Assembly: GCA_965243135.1 (NCBI GenBank)
Contig: OZ251539.1
Coordinates: forward strand, 5,728,001 to 5,792,000
Length of the DNA: 64,000 bases
Direction: 5' to 3'
Source: Alphaproteobacteria bacterium
GTDB lineage: Bacteria; Pseudomonadota; Alphaproteobacteria; MPNO01; UBA830
The notes beneath the pieces are model-generated. The model was not told where the DNA came from, made no database searches, and saw nothing but the letters and a program-made list of their open reading frames with translations. A program made the position numbers and the translations under genes. Shown piece by piece: positions 50,797-61,693 of this stretch. Each line of letters starts with the position of its first letter. Position 1 is the stretch's first letter.

Positions 50797-53565
50797 ATGG
50801 CGAGCGCGGCGGAACGCAAGACTATCTACCTGGTGGACGGATCGAGCTACATATTCCGGGCGTTTCACGCTCTGCCGCCGATGACCCGGCCCGACGGGAC
50901 GCCGGTGAACGCCGTCTACGGTTTCACCAACATGCTGACGAAGCTGGTCGACGACACCGGCGCCGAGTACATGGCGGTCCTGTTCGACAGCGCCCGCAAG
51001 ACCTTTCGCAACGAGGTCTATGCCGAATACAAGGCGCATCGCCCGCCGCCGCCGGAGGATCTCGTCCCCCAATTCGCGCTGATCCGCGAGGCGACCGAGG
51101 CCTGCAACCTGCCGAGCCTGGAAATGCCGGGCTTCGAGGCCGACGACCTGATCGCCACTCTCGCCCGCATGGCGGTCGAGCGGGAATTCGACGTCACCAT
51201 CGTTTCGTCCGACAAGGATCTCATGCAGCTCGTCGGCGCGGGGGTCCGCATGCTGGATCCGATGAAGAACCGCGTCGTCGGACCGCAGGAGGTCGTCGAA
51301 AGGTTCGGGGTGGATCCCGGCAAGGTGATCGACGTGCAGGCGCTGGCGGGCGATTCCACGGACAACGTGCCCGGCGTGCCGGGAATCGGCGTCAAGACCG
51401 CCGCGCAGCTCATCGGGGAATACGGCGACCTCGACGCGTTGCTCGCTCGCGCGGAGGAAATCAGGCAGCCCAAGCGGCGCCAGGCTCTGGTCGACAACGC
51501 GGAACTGGCGCGGATCTCGCGCGAACTGGTCACGTTGCGCGACGACGTTCCCGTCGCCTGCGGGATCGAGGACTTCAGGCTGGCGCCGCCCGACCCCGGC
51601 GTGCTGCTGCCGTTTCTGGAGACGCAGAACTTCCGGTCCATGCTCGACAAGTTCCGCGCGGCGCTCGGAGATTCCGCCGGACCGCGGAACGAAACGGGCG
51701 CGCCCGGCGACGTTCCTTACGAACTGGTGCAGGATCGCCGATCCCTGGAGGCGTGGATCGAGGATATCGACCGCGAGGGAGTCGTCGCCATCGATACGGA
51801 GACCACTTCCCTCGATCCCATGCGGGCGGAGCTCGTCGGCCTTTCCATGTCGCTGGAAGATGGGCGAACCTGCTACGTCCCGGTCGGTCACGTCGCGCCG
51901 GGCGCCGCCGATTCCCCCGAGCTCAATCTCGGCGAAGACGGGTCCCCCGGCGGTGCGCCTAGGCAGATCCCGTTGCGCGAAGCGCTGGATCTGCTGAAGC
52001 CCGTGCTCGAGGACCCCGGCGTCCTCAAGATCGGCCACAACGTGAAATACGACGTTCATGTCCTTGCGCGGTACGGCGTCGACACGGCCCCGGTCGACGA
52101 CACCATGCTCCTTTCCTACGTGCTGGACGGCGGCCTGCACAATCACGGGCTGGACGACCTGGCGCTCCGCCACTTCGATCACGTCAACATCAAGTACAGC
52201 GACGTGACCGGGAAGGGACGAAACCGCATCGGTTTCGCCGAAGTGCCCCTGGACAAGGCGCTGGATTACGCGGCCGAGGACGCCGACGTTGCGCGGCGGC
52301 TCCACGGCCGGTTCAGGCGCCGCCTCGTCGAGGAGAGGATGGTCACGGTCTACGAAACGCTCGAACGTCCGTTGCTGCCCGTTCTGGCGGATATGGAGCG
52401 CGCGGGGATCGTCGTCGACGCTGTCGCGCTGAACGATCTGTCCAGCGAATTCGAGAGCCGGGCGGCCGAGATCGCGGAGGACATCTACGAGGAGGCCGGG
52501 CGTTCGTTCAATATCGGGTCGCCCAAGCAGCTCGGCGAAGTGCTGTTCGAGGAATTGGGACTGCAGGGCGGCAAGAAGACGAAGACCGGCGCTTACGCCA
52601 CCGGCGCCGACATCCTTGAGGAACTGGCGATGAACGGGCACGAGTTGCCGCTCAAGATCATGAACTGGCGGCAGCTGACCAAGCTCAAGGGCACCTACAC
52701 CGACGCCCTCGTCAAGGAGATCGATCCGACGACGGGGCGGGTGCACACCTCCTATTCCCAGGCCGTCGCCTCCACCGGGCGGCTAAGCTCGAACGATCCC
52801 AACCTGCAAAACATACCTGTCCGCACCCGGGAGGGGCGCGAGATCCGCAAGGCCTTCGTCGCGGGCGCCGGCTGCGTACTGCTGTCGGCCGACTATTCCC
52901 AGATCGAGCTCAGGCTCCTCGCCCACGTCGCCGGGATAGACGCGCTGCGGCAGGCTTTCCACGACGGCGCCGACATCCACGCAATGACGGCGAGCGAGGT
53001 GTTCGGCGTTCCGGTCGACGGGATGCCGCCGGAAGAGCGCAACCGCGCGAAGGCGATCAACTTCGGCATCATCTACGGCATCAGCGCCTACGGCCTTGCG
53101 CGCCAGCTGCTCGTTCCTCGCGAACGGGCCCGTGATTACATCGACAGCTATTTCCGGAAGTTCCCCGGCATCAAGGACTACATGGACCGGACGATCGAAT
53201 CGGCCGGCAAGCGCGGATTCGTCGAGACGATCTTCGGACGCAGATGCCACACGCCGGGCATTTTGGACAAGAACCAGGCGAAGCGGAGGTTCTCGGAACG
53301 CGCGGCGATCAACGCGCCGTTGCAGGGAGCGGCGGCCGACATCATAAAGCGCGCCATGATACGCATACCGCCGGCTCTCGCCGAGGTCGGACTGCGGGCG
53401 AAGATGCTGCTGCAGGTCCACGACGAACTGATCTTCGAGACCCCGGAGGACGAGCTCGAGGACACCGCGGCGCTGGTGAAGGGGGTGATGGAGAACGCGG
53501 CGCATCTCGACGTTCCGCTGGTCGTCCAGACGGGGGACGGCGCCAACTGGCGCGAGGCTCACTGA
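50797..53565 (+). CDS. polA: DNA polymerase I
   Basis: LVDGSSYIFRAFHA, EADDLI, IDTETT, TGRLSSNDPNLQNIP, SADYSQIELR, KAINFGIIYG, LLQVHDEL. Confidence 0.98.
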   Translation: MASAAERKTIYLVDGSSYIFRAFHALPPMTRPDGTPVNAVYGFTNMLTKLVDDTGAEYMAVLFDSARKTFRNEVYAEYKAHRPPPPEDLVPQFALIREATEACNLPSLEMPGFEADDLIATLARMAVEREFDVTIVSSDKDLMQLVGAGVRMLDPMKNRVVGPQEVVERFGVDPGKVIDVQALAGDSTDNVPGVPGIGVKTAAQLIGEYGDLDALLARAEEIRQPKRRQALVDNAELARISRELVTLRDDVPVACGIEDFRLAPPDPGVLLPFLETQNFRSMLDKFRAALGDSAGPRNETGAPGDVPYELVQDRRSLEAWIEDIDREGVVAIDTETTSLDPMRAELVGLSMSLEDGRTCYVPVGHVAPGAADSPELNLGEDGSPGGAPRQIPLREALDLLKPVLEDPGVLKIGHNVKYDVHVLARYGVDTAPVDDTMLLSYVLDGGLHNHGLDDLALRHFDHVNIKYSDVTGKGRNRIGFAEVPLDKALDYAAEDADVARRLHGRFRRRLVEERMVTVYETLERPLLPVLADMERAGIVVDAVALNDLSSEFESRAAEIAEDIYEEAGRSFNIGSPKQLGEVLFEELGLQGGKKTKTGAYATGADILEELAMNGHELPLKIMNWRQLTKLKGTYTDALVKEIDPTTGRVHTSYSQAVASTGRLSSNDPNLQNIPVRTREGREIRKAFVAGAGCVLLSADYSQIELRLLAHVAGIDALRQAFHDGADIHAMTASEVFGVPVDGMPPEERNRAKAINFGIIYGISAYGLARQLLVPRERARDYIDSYFRKFPGIKDYMDRTIESAGKRGFVETIFGRRCHTPGILDKNQAKRRFSERAAINAPLQGAAADIIKRAMIRIPPALAEVGLRAKMLLQVHDELIFETPEDELEDTAALVKGVMENAAHLDVPLVVQTGDGANWREAH

Positions 53566-53568
53566 GCT

Positions 53569-55254
53569 TCAGGGCGGCGAGCTGTCGCTGCGGCCCGTAA
53601 CCCGGGTGAGGAGAACGACGGGCAGGACTCCCACCGCGACGATCGCGACGGCGCCGAGCGCGCATTCTTCCAGCAACTCGTCGGAAGCGAACTGGTACAC
53701 GTAGGTCGCCAGCGTTTCGAAATTGAAAGGCCGGAGCAGCAGGGTCGCCGGCAGCTCCTTCATGCTGTCGACGAAGATCAGAATCGCCGCGGTCAGGATG
53801 CTGCGCTGCAGGATCGGCAGGCTCACGCGGAACAGCGTTCGCGCCGGGCCGTGCTTCAGCGTTCGCGCGGCGTCCTCGACGTTGGGCGAGATGCGTCCGA
53901 ACCCCGCCTCCAGCGTTCCGTAGGCGAGGGCGAGGAAGCGGACCACGTAGGCGAACAGGACGGCGAACAGCGTGCCGCTCAGAAGCAGCCCCGTGCTGAT
54001 CCCGAAATTCTCCCTCGCGAAACCGTCGATCGCGTTGTCGAACGCGCCGAACGGCGCGAGGATGCCGATGGCGAGGACGGCGCCCGGAACCGCATAGCCG
54101 AGGCTTGCGAACCGCGTGAGGCCGCGCAGGGCGTCGTTGTTTCCTATGCGCACGGCGTAGGTGAGGAAGAGCGCGATCGCCACTCCGGCAAGGGCCGCGA
54201 GCGCGGAGAGAGTCAGACTGTTGAAGGCGGCCTGCGGGAAGCGGTTGGCGAGCGACGCCGCATGGTGCTCGATGGCGTAGGAAACGAGCAGCCCCGCCGG
54301 TATGACGAAGCCGATCGCTATGGGAAGGCCGCACGCGGTCAACGCAAGGAGGGCGCGCGGCTTCGAGAGCCTGTAGGCGCGCTCGTTTCTGAAGCGTTGG
54401 GTCGTGTCGTGATAGCTGCGGCCGCGCCGCGCGCTGCGCTCGACGAGAAGCAGCGCGACCACGAAGAACATCATCACCAGCGCGATTTGCGCGCCGCCGC
54501 CGGTGTTGTTCATCACCAGCCAGACGTTGAAGATCCCGGTGGTCAGCGTCTGGACCGCGAAGAAATCGGCCGTGCCGAAATCGTTCAGCGTTTCCATCAT
54601 CACCAGCGCCAGCCCGACGACGATCGAGGGGCGCGCGATCGGCAGCGATACCCGGCGGAAAGCCGACCAGGCGCCGCAGCCCAGGGTGCGCGCCGCTTCC
54701 ATCACGCCGCCCGCCTGTTCCGTGAAGGCCGAACGCGCAAGAAGATAGACGTACGGGTAGAGCGTCGCCGCCATGACCGCCGTCGCGCCGCCGAGCGACC
54801 TTATTTCCGGGAACCAGTATTCGTTCGCGCTTCGCCAGCCGAACAGGCCGCGCAGAAAGCGTTGCACCGGTCCCGCGAACTCCAGGAGATCCGTGTAGAC
54901 GTAGGCGACGACGTAGGCCGGCATGGCGAGCGGCAGGACGAGCGCCCATTGGAGAACGCGGCGGCCCGGGAACTCGCACATGCTGACCAGCCAGGCCGTG
55001 CCGATTCCGACGAGCGCGGTGACGGCGCCCACGCCCGCCAGCAGCGACAAGGTCGTCGAGACGTAGCCGGGCAGAACCGTTTCGACGAGGTGCGGCCAGA
55101 TGTTTTCGCTCGGGAACAGGGCGAGCCATGCGACCGTCAGAACGGGAACGGCGACGATCAGTGCGATCGCCGCCGCGCCCGCCGTCCATCCGGAAACGAG
55201 CCTGCGGATTCCGCCTCCGCGGCTCCGGAGCGAAGCCGGAGCGAGGCCGGTCAC
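53569..55254 (-). CDS. fbpB: Fe3+ ABC transporter permease
   Basis: Two permease modules, EAARTLG and EDAARTL; PLAMPAYVVAY, KELPATLLLRPFNFETLA. Confidence 0.9.
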   Translation of the reverse strand: MTGLAPASLRSRGGGIRRLVSGWTAGAAAIALIVAVPVLTVAWLALFPSENIWPHLVETVLPGYVSTTLSLLAGVGAVTALVGIGTAWLVSMCEFPGRRVLQWALVLPLAMPAYVVAYVYTDLLEFAGPVQRFLRGLFGWRSANEYWFPEIRSLGGATAVMAATLYPYVYLLARSAFTEQAGGVMEAARTLGCGAWSAFRRVSLPIARPSIVVGLALVMMETLNDFGTADFFAVQTLTTGIFNVWLVMNNTGGGAQIALVMMFFVVALLLVERSARRGRSYHDTTQRFRNERAYRLSKPRALLALTACGLPIAIGFVIPAGLLVSYAIEHHAASLANRFPQAAFNSLTLSALAALAGVAIALFLTYAVRIGNNDALRGLTRFASLGYAVPGAVLAIGILAPFGAFDNAIDGFARENFGISTGLLLSGTLFAVLFAYVVRFLALAYGTLEAGFGRISPNVEDAARTLKHGPARTLFRVSLPILQRSILTAAILIFVDSMKELPATLLLRPFNFETLATYVYQFASDELLEECALGAVAIVAVGVLPVVLLTRVTGRSDSSPP

Positions 55255-55273
55255 CGCCGCCCGTCCGCCGACG

Positions 55274-56296
55274 TCAGTTCGTGGCCGGCCCTTCGTTGTA
55301 TCCGGCGCGGTTGACGATCTTGAGGGCGTCCGGACGGTTTTTCGCGATCGCGATCAGCGAAAGACCGTCGCGCTTGTAGCCGCCCCAGGACGCCACGAGC
55401 GGCGCCGGCTTCACGGAAGGATCGATCGGGTACTCGAAGTTGGTGTTGGCGTAGAGTTTCTGCGCCTTCTTGCTGACGAGAAACTCGATCAGCTTCTTGG
55501 CGTTGGCCTTGTTGGGCGAATGCTTGGTCATCATCGCCCCGCTGACGTTCATATGGGTGCCGGCTCCGCCGAGAGTCGGGAAGACGATGTTGGCGGACTC
55601 GCCCCATTTGCGCTGCTTCTCGTTGTTCAGCATGAGCGCCATGTAGTAGTGGTTGCCGATCGCCAGATCGCAGACGCCTTCCATGATGGCCTTGACCTGC
55701 GCGCGGTCGTTGCCTTGGGGCTTTCTCGCCAGATTGGCCTTCACCCCGCGCAGCCATTCTTCGGCCTTGGCTTTTCCGTGATGGCCGATCATGGCGGCGA
55801 GAAGGGCGACGTTGTAGGGATGATCCCCCTTTCGCGTGCAGATGCGGCCGCGCCATTTGGGATCGGCGAGTTGCTCGTAAGACGTGATTTCGCCGGTCTT
55901 GACCCGTTCCTTCGACGCGTAGATCACCCGCGCCCGGAGGGTGAGGCCGTACCACAGGCCCTCGGGATGCCGGTAGGTTTCCGGCACCGCCTTGTCGAGG
56001 GCGTCGGACTTCACGGGCTGGGCGAGCCCGGCTTCGACGACTTCGTTGAGGCGCGCGATGTCGACGGTGAAGACGAGGTCGGCCGGACTGTTGCGTCCCT
56101 CCGCCTGGAGGCGCTTGACCAGCCCCTTCTTGGCGAACACCACGTTGACCGCAACGCCGGTCTCCTTCGTGAACGCGTCGAAGAGCGGCTTCACGAGGAA
56201 AGGCTGACGATACGAATAGACGTTGACCTCTTCGGCCGCGGCCGCGACCGTCGGCAGAGCGACGAGGGCGACGGCGGCGATTTTTGCGAGTTTCAT
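55274..56296 (-). CDS. fbpA: Fe3+ ABC transporter substrate-binding protein
   Basis: EVNVYSYRQ, NSPADL, RKPQGNDRAQ, GNHYY, NFEYP. Confidence 0.9.
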   Translation of the reverse strand: MKLAKIAAVALVALPTVAAAAEEVNVYSYRQPFLVKPLFDAFTKETGVAVNVVFAKKGLVKRLQAEGRNSPADLVFTVDIARLNEVVEAGLAQPVKSDALDKAVPETYRHPEGLWYGLTLRARVIYASKERVKTGEITSYEQLADPKWRGRICTRKGDHPYNVALLAAMIGHHGKAKAEEWLRGVKANLARKPQGNDRAQVKAIMEGVCDLAIGNHYYMALMLNNEKQRKWGESANIVFPTLGGAGTHMNVSGAMMTKHSPNKANAKKLIEFLVSKKAQKLYANTNFEYPIDPSVKPAPLVASWGGYKRDGLSLIAIAKNRPDALKIVNRAGYNEGPATN

Positions 56297-56349
56297 GACG
56301 TTTCTCCTTCATCAGGTCGTTCGCGCGGAGAACGGATTGCTCTCCAATT

Positions 56350-56368
56350 GCGAATGATAGTCATTCTT
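56350..56368. promoter_or_regulatory. Fur-box-like operator upstream of fbpA
   Basis: GCGAATGATAGTCATTCTT matches 14/19 of GATAATGATAATCATTATC, about 55 bp upstream of an iron-uptake operon. Confidence 0.65.
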
Positions 56369-56511
56369 ATTATCAAGTCAAGCCCGAATTCCGAAAAGTT
56401 CGCGCGACGAAAAACCGCATCCGCCCCGCCGCAGGCGTCCGCGGAAGGCAGGGAAACGGTTCGGTCGGGCGGGGCTTTGAGCGGACCGGCGCTGCGCCTA
56501 TTGTCGAATTC

Positions 56512-59500
56512 ATGAAGCGAACCGGCGATTCCCTCGAGTTCAGCGCCACGGATCTGGTCGGATACCTGAACTGCCGTCATCTTCCGGAACTGGAGCGCGC
56601 GGCGGCGGAAGGAAGCCTGCGAAGACCGGTCGTCCGAACTCCGTTTCTCGACGCTCTTCGGGAACGGGGCCTTTTGCATGAACGGAACTATGTCGAGCGA
56701 CTGGCGAACGCAGGCGAAGAAGTCGTCGCGATCGCTGCGGACGAAGCGATTCCCGAAACGCTGGAAGCCATGAAGCGAGGTGCCGGCGCGATCGTGCAGG
56801 GGGCGATTCGGCGGAACGGCTGGGTCGGGCGTCCGGACGTTCTGAAGCGCGTCGACGCCCCGAGCGCTCTCGGCCCCTGGTCCTACGAGGCGGTGGACGC
56901 CAAGCTGGCGAGGGACACTAAGGCGGCCGCCGTTCTTCAGCTTTGCCTCTATTCCGATCTGCTGGCGCAAGTGCAGGACGTCGCGCCGGAATGCATGCAT
57001 ATCGTATCTCCCTGGTCGGAGCCGCGGCGATACCGCGTCGCGGAATACGCCGCGTATTTCCGCATGGCGAAGCGCGGCTTTCTCGAAGCCATGGCGAAGC
57101 GGGAGAAGACGTACCCCGATCCGGTGGAGCACTGCGGCGTCTGCCGTTGGCTGAAGTCCTGCGACAGTCGACGCCGAAAGGACGACCATCTCTGCTTCGT
57201 CGCCGGAATCTCGAAATTGCAAATGAACGAACTCGGCCAGCGCGGCATCGCAACGATGAAGCAGTTGGCCAGCGTGTCTTTGCCGCTGGACTCGAAACCC
57301 GGTTCGGCCGATATCCGCATCCGCGAGCAGGCGCGTCTTCAGGTCGAGGCGCGCGAAACCGGTGAAGCGAGATTCGAACTGCTGCCCGTGGAATCCGGTT
57401 TCGGTCTTGCCGTTCTCCCCGAACCGTCCGCAGGCGACGTCTTTCTCGATCTGGAAGGAGATCCGTTCGTCGGCGAGCGCGGCTTGGAGTACCTGTTCGG
57501 CTATCTCTTCGCGGGGGAACGCGGCAAACTCCGCTACCGGCGCATCTGGGCCTTCTCGCGGGAGGACGAAAAGCGCGCCTTCGAGAAATTCGTCGATTTC
57601 GCGATGAGGCGTTGGGACGCCTTTCCCGATCTGCACATCTACCACTACGCGCCATACGAGCCGGCGGCCTTGAAGCGCCTGATGGGCCGCTACGCGACGC
57701 GCGAAGAAGACATCGACCGAATGCTCCGCGCCGGCATCTTCGTCGATCTCTATCAAGCCGTTCGCCGCGGGCTTCGCGCGAGCGTGGAAAGCTACTCCAT
57801 CAAGAACCTGGAGCCGTTTTACGCTTTCCGCCGGCGAGCGGCGCTGGCCCGCGCGAATGCCGCCCTCGCGACTCTCCAGTCGAGTCTCGAACTGGATCTC
57901 GTGCCTGAGGTCACGGACGAAGTCCGAGCTGAAGTGCAAGCTTACAACGAGGACGACTGCCGTTCCGCCGCCGGTCTGCGCGACTGGCTCGAGGAACTGC
58001 GGCGACAGCTCGTCGATCGCGGCGTGGAAGTGCCGCGTCCGGAGCCGGGTGACGGCGAACCGAGCGAACAGCTGACGGAATGGCAAATCGCGGTCGAAGC
58101 GCTTGTCGAGGACCTGACTGCCGGCATCTCCGCGGATCCCGAAGAACGAGGCGAAGAACAACAGGCGCTTTGGACGCTTGCGAGCGTCGTCGATTGGCAC
58201 AGGCGGGAAGAGAAGGCGATCTGGTGGGAATTCTTTCGACTCGCCGGTCTCTCGGCGGAAGACCTTCTGGACGAACGCGCCGGACTGTCCGGTCTGACGT
58301 TCGTCGGGGACGATGCGTCAACCGGACACGCGCTGACGCATCGCTACGAATTCCCGCCCCAAGAGACCGAGCTGCGAGGCGGAGAAGAAATCCGCGGTCT
58401 CGGCGGCGAGAAAATCGGAAGCGCCGCGGCCGTCGACGGCCGAACGATAGACATCAAGAAGCGAAGAAATAGCGCAGGCGTTCATCCCGAAGCGGTATTC
58501 GCTCACAAGTATGTAAACGCCCGTGTCCTTAAGGAAGCGCTGATGCGGGTCGGAAGACATGTCGCCCGGCATGGCTTGCGCGGCGGCGGTGGGGCGGCAC
58601 GGGATCTTCTGCTGCGGACGCCGCCGCGCGTCGGCGGGCAACCTCTCCGGCGCCATGGAGAATCGACCTTGGAAGCTGCGGTCCGGCTGTGCGGGCATCT
58701 GTCCGGCGGCGTTCTTCCGATCCAGGGCCCGCCGGGCGCGGGCAAGACGTTCACCGGCGCGCGCATGGTCTGCGAACTCGTGCGCCGCGGCCGGAAGGTC
58801 GGAATCACGGCCAACAGTCACAAGGTAATCCGCAATCTGATCGACGCTTCCATCGAAGCGGCCAACGAGATGGGCGTGGACGTCCGCTGCTGCCACAAGG
58901 CTCCCGAGCAGGAAGAGCCGCAGCATCGTCTTTCGTTTGCGGCGAGCAATGACGACTTGATCGCAGCGCTTGGTTCCGGAGCTTCTGTCGGCGGCGGAAC
59001 CGCATGGTTCTGGGCGCGGGAAGAAGCTTTCGAGGCGGTCGACGTGCTGTTCGTGGACGAGGCGGCGCAGATGTCGCTGGCCAACGTGCTGGCGGTTTCG
59101 CAGGCGGCGAAAACCGTCGTATTGATCGGCGATCCGCAGCAACTCGATCAGCCGATGCAGGGCAGTCACCCCGATGGCGTGGACGTTTCGGCGCTCGACT
59201 ACCTTCTGGCCGGCGAAAGGACCGTAACGTCCGACCGCGGACTGTTTCTGGACGAGACGTGGCGGCTGCATCCCGACATCTGCGCGTATACGTCGGAGCT
59301 GTTCTACGACGGGAAACTTCGTCCAAGGACCGGACCCGACAGGCACCTCGTCCGTTCCGCCGGACCGATTTCCGGTTCAGGCCTGCGCTATCTGCCCGTC
59401 GAACACGACGGCAATCGGAACAACTCGCCCGAAGAGGCGGAGGCGACCGGCGCTCTCGTGACCCGAATTCTGGAGAGGGGCGCGACCTGGATTGACCGCG

Positions 59501-59871
59501 GGGGCGAAAGGCGGGAGATAACGCTCGATGACATCCTCGTCATCGCTCCCTACAATGCGCAGGTCTTCGAGATTCAAAAACGCCTGCCGCGGGCCCGGGT
59601 CGGCACGGTGGACAAGTTTCAGGGCCAGGAAGCTCCGATCGCGATCTATTCGACGGCGACATCGAGCCACGCGGACGCGCCTCGGGGAATGGAATTCCTG
59701 TACAGCCTGAATCGCCTCAACGTCGCGACCTCGCGGGCCAAGTGCGTATCGGTGATGGTTTCCTCGCCGCGTCTTTTCGAAGCCGAATGCAGAACGCCCC
59801 GGCAGATTCAGCTTGTCAACGCCTTTTGCCGCTTTCTCGAAATGGCGGAGCGGCTGACGCTTGCCGCGTAA
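56512..59871 (+). CDS. TM0106-family RecB-like nuclease fused to RNase H-like and SF1 (DNA2/UPF1-like) helicase
   Basis: FSATDLVGYLNC, GRPDVL...DAKLAR...QLCLY, FLDLEGDP, YSIKNLE, YNEDDC, QGPPGAGKT, DEAAQ, GDPQQL, TVDKFQGQE, NRLNVATSRA. Confidence 0.9.
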   Translation: MKRTGDSLEFSATDLVGYLNCRHLPELERAAAEGSLRRPVVRTPFLDALRERGLLHERNYVERLANAGEEVVAIAADEAIPETLEAMKRGAGAIVQGAIRRNGWVGRPDVLKRVDAPSALGPWSYEAVDAKLARDTKAAAVLQLCLYSDLLAQVQDVAPECMHIVSPWSEPRRYRVAEYAAYFRMAKRGFLEAMAKREKTYPDPVEHCGVCRWLKSCDSRRRKDDHLCFVAGISKLQMNELGQRGIATMKQLASVSLPLDSKPGSADIRIREQARLQVEARETGEARFELLPVESGFGLAVLPEPSAGDVFLDLEGDPFVGERGLEYLFGYLFAGERGKLRYRRIWAFSREDEKRAFEKFVDFAMRRWDAFPDLHIYHYAPYEPAALKRLMGRYATREEDIDRMLRAGIFVDLYQAVRRGLRASVESYSIKNLEPFYAFRRRAALARANAALATLQSSLELDLVPEVTDEVRAEVQAYNEDDCRSAAGLRDWLEELRRQLVDRGVEVPRPEPGDGEPSEQLTEWQIAVEALVEDLTAGISADPEERGEEQQALWTLASVVDWHRREEKAIWWEFFRLAGLSAEDLLDERAGLSGLTFVGDDASTGHALTHRYEFPPQETELRGGEEIRGLGGEKIGSAAAVDGRTIDIKKRRNSAGVHPEAVFAHKYVNARVLKEALMRVGRHVARHGLRGGGGAARDLLLRTPPRVGGQPLRRHGESTLEAAVRLCGHLSGGVLPIQGPPGAGKTFTGARMVCELVRRGRKVGITANSHKVIRNLIDASIEAANEMGVDVRCCHKAPEQEEPQHRLSFAASNDDLIAALGSGASVGGGTAWFWAREEAFEAVDVLFVDEAAQMSLANVLAVSQAAKTVVLIGDPQQLDQPMQGSHPDGVDVSALDYLLAGERTVTSDRGLFLDETWRLHPDICAYTSELFYDGKLRPRTGPDRHLVRSAGPISGSGLRYLPVEHDGNRNNSPEEAEATGALVTRILERGATWIDRGGERREITLDDILVIAPYNAQVFEIQKRLPRARVGTVDKFQGQEAPIAIYSTATSSHADAPRGMEFLYSLNRLNVATSRAKCVSVMVSSPRLFEAECRTPRQIQLVNAFCRFLEMAERLTLAA

Positions 59872-59992
59872 CGCCGTTCGCGCTGCCGCCCCGGGTCGTC
59901 GTCGGATCGCCGGCCGCGGGACGGAACGGCTCCCGCGGAAAGCCGGCACCCGGGCGCGTTCCGTCCCGGGCGGACGCGGGGAAGCCGCGGCG

Positions 59993-61600
59993 CTACGCGG
60001 CCGCGCGAATGCCGGCGGCCTTGACGCCGTCGTAAACGAAGTCCTCGAACTGGACGAAATTCTCCTCGAAGCGGCGGGCGAGGTCGCGCGCGGCGGCGTC
60101 GTAGTTTCCCTTGTCGCTCCACATGCCCTTCGGATCGAGAACCTCCTTCGGGACTTCCGGCACCGACTCGGGAATCAGCAGGCCGAAACTGGAGTCGGGG
60201 GCGACGGCGACGCCCGCGAGCTTTCCCTCGACGGCCGCCCGGACCATCGCGCGGGTGTAGGCGATCTTCATCCGCTTGCCGGTTCCGTAGCTTCCGCCGC
60301 TCCAGCCGGTGTTGACCAGCCAGCATCGGGCGCCGTGCTTCTCGATCTTCTCGCCGAGAAGCTTGGCGTAAACCGTCGGGGGGCGCGGCAGGAACGGCGC
60401 GCCGAAGCAGGTGGAGAAAGTCGCCTCCGGCTCGTCGACGCCGCGCTCGGTGCCGGCCAGGCGCGCGGTGTAGCCGGAAAGGAAGTGGTACATGGCCTGA
60501 TCGGCGGTCAGCCGGCTGATGGGAGGCAGCACCCCGAACGCGTCCGCCGTGAGCATGACGATGTTTTCCGGATGGCCGGCCATGCCGGTTTCGCTGACCT
60601 CGGGAATGTAGTCCAGCGGATAGGAGGCGCGCGTGTTCTCGGTCAGCGAGGCGTCGTCGAAATTCGGAAACCCGGTGGCGGGATCCGCCGTGACGTTCTC
60701 CAGCACCGTTCCGAACCGCAGGCACGCCGCGTGGATCTCCGGTTCCGCTTCCCGCGAAAGGTTGATGGCCTTGGCGTAGCAGCCGCCTTCGAAATTGAAC
60801 ACTCCGGAAGGCGACCAGCCGTGCTCGTCGTCGCCGATCAGCGTGCGCGTCGGATCCGACGAGAGCGTGGTCTTGCCGGTGCCGGACAGGCCGAAGAAGA
60901 TCGCCGCGTCATTGTTCTTTCCGACGTTGGCCGAGCAGTGCATCGGGAGCACGCCGTCGGCCGGCAGCAGGTAGTTGAGGACGGAGAAGATCGTTTTCTT
61001 GATCTCGCCCGTGTAATGCGAGCCGCCGACGAGGACCAGCCGCTCGGCGAAATTCAGCATGACGAAGACTTCGGACCGCGTTCCGTCGACCTCGGGCGAC
61101 GCTTGCAGGTTCGGGGCATGGAGAAGCGTGTAGTCGGGCACGAAATCCGCCAGCTCGTCGGCCGGCGGATTGATGAACATGTTGCGCGCGAACAGGCTGT
61201 GCCACGCCTGTTCGGTCACGATCCGGACCTTGAGGCGGTAATCCGGGTCGGCGCCGGCGTAGCAGTCCTGCACGAACGCCTCGCGGTTCTGCAGATAGGC
61301 GAGCATTCGCTTGCGCATGGATTCGAATCGCTCGGTCGAAATCCGGTTGTTGACCCGCCCCCACCAAATGTTGGCCGCGTTCTCGGGCTCGTCCACGATG
61401 TACTTGTCCCGCGGCGAGCGTCCGGTGTATTCGCCGGTGGTGACGATCAGGCCGCCGCCCGCCGCCAGCCTGCCCTCGGCGCGGCGCAGGGAATGCTCGT
61501 AGAGCGCGGGCGCGGACGGATTCCAGTGCGCGGCCTTCAGGTTCGCGAGGCCGTGGTTCTCCAGTCCGAAGGAACTGGCGGCGAATCCCGTTTGCTTCAC
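59993..61600 (-). CDS. pckA: Phosphoenolpyruvate carboxykinase (ATP)
   Basis: TGRSPRDK, YTGEIKK, MHCSAN, FGLSGTGKTTLS, IGDDEHGW, FEGGCYAK, TENTRASYP. Confidence 0.97.
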   Translation of the reverse strand: MKQTGFAASSFGLENHGLANLKAAHWNPSAPALYEHSLRRAEGRLAAGGGLIVTTGEYTGRSPRDKYIVDEPENAANIWWGRVNNRISTERFESMRKRMLAYLQNREAFVQDCYAGADPDYRLKVRIVTEQAWHSLFARNMFINPPADELADFVPDYTLLHAPNLQASPEVDGTRSEVFVMLNFAERLVLVGGSHYTGEIKKTIFSVLNYLLPADGVLPMHCSANVGKNNDAAIFFGLSGTGKTTLSSDPTRTLIGDDEHGWSPSGVFNFEGGCYAKAINLSREAEPEIHAACLRFGTVLENVTADPATGFPNFDDASLTENTRASYPLDYIPEVSETGMAGHPENIVMLTADAFGVLPPISRLTADQAMYHFLSGYTARLAGTERGVDEPEATFSTCFGAPFLPRPPTVYAKLLGEKIEKHGARCWLVNTGWSGGSYGTGKRMKIAYTRAMVRAAVEGKLAGVAVAPDSSFGLLIPESVPEVPKEVLDPKGMWSDKGNYDAAARDLARRFEENFVQFEDFVYDGVKAAGIRAAA

Positions 61601-61693
61601 GTGTCCCCCCCTTGCGCAGCTCGCCCTCGCGGAAAGCGTTGCGCAGCTTGCGAAGCGTGCTCGGTCCGCAACATACAAGCGGCGGTCGGAGTG

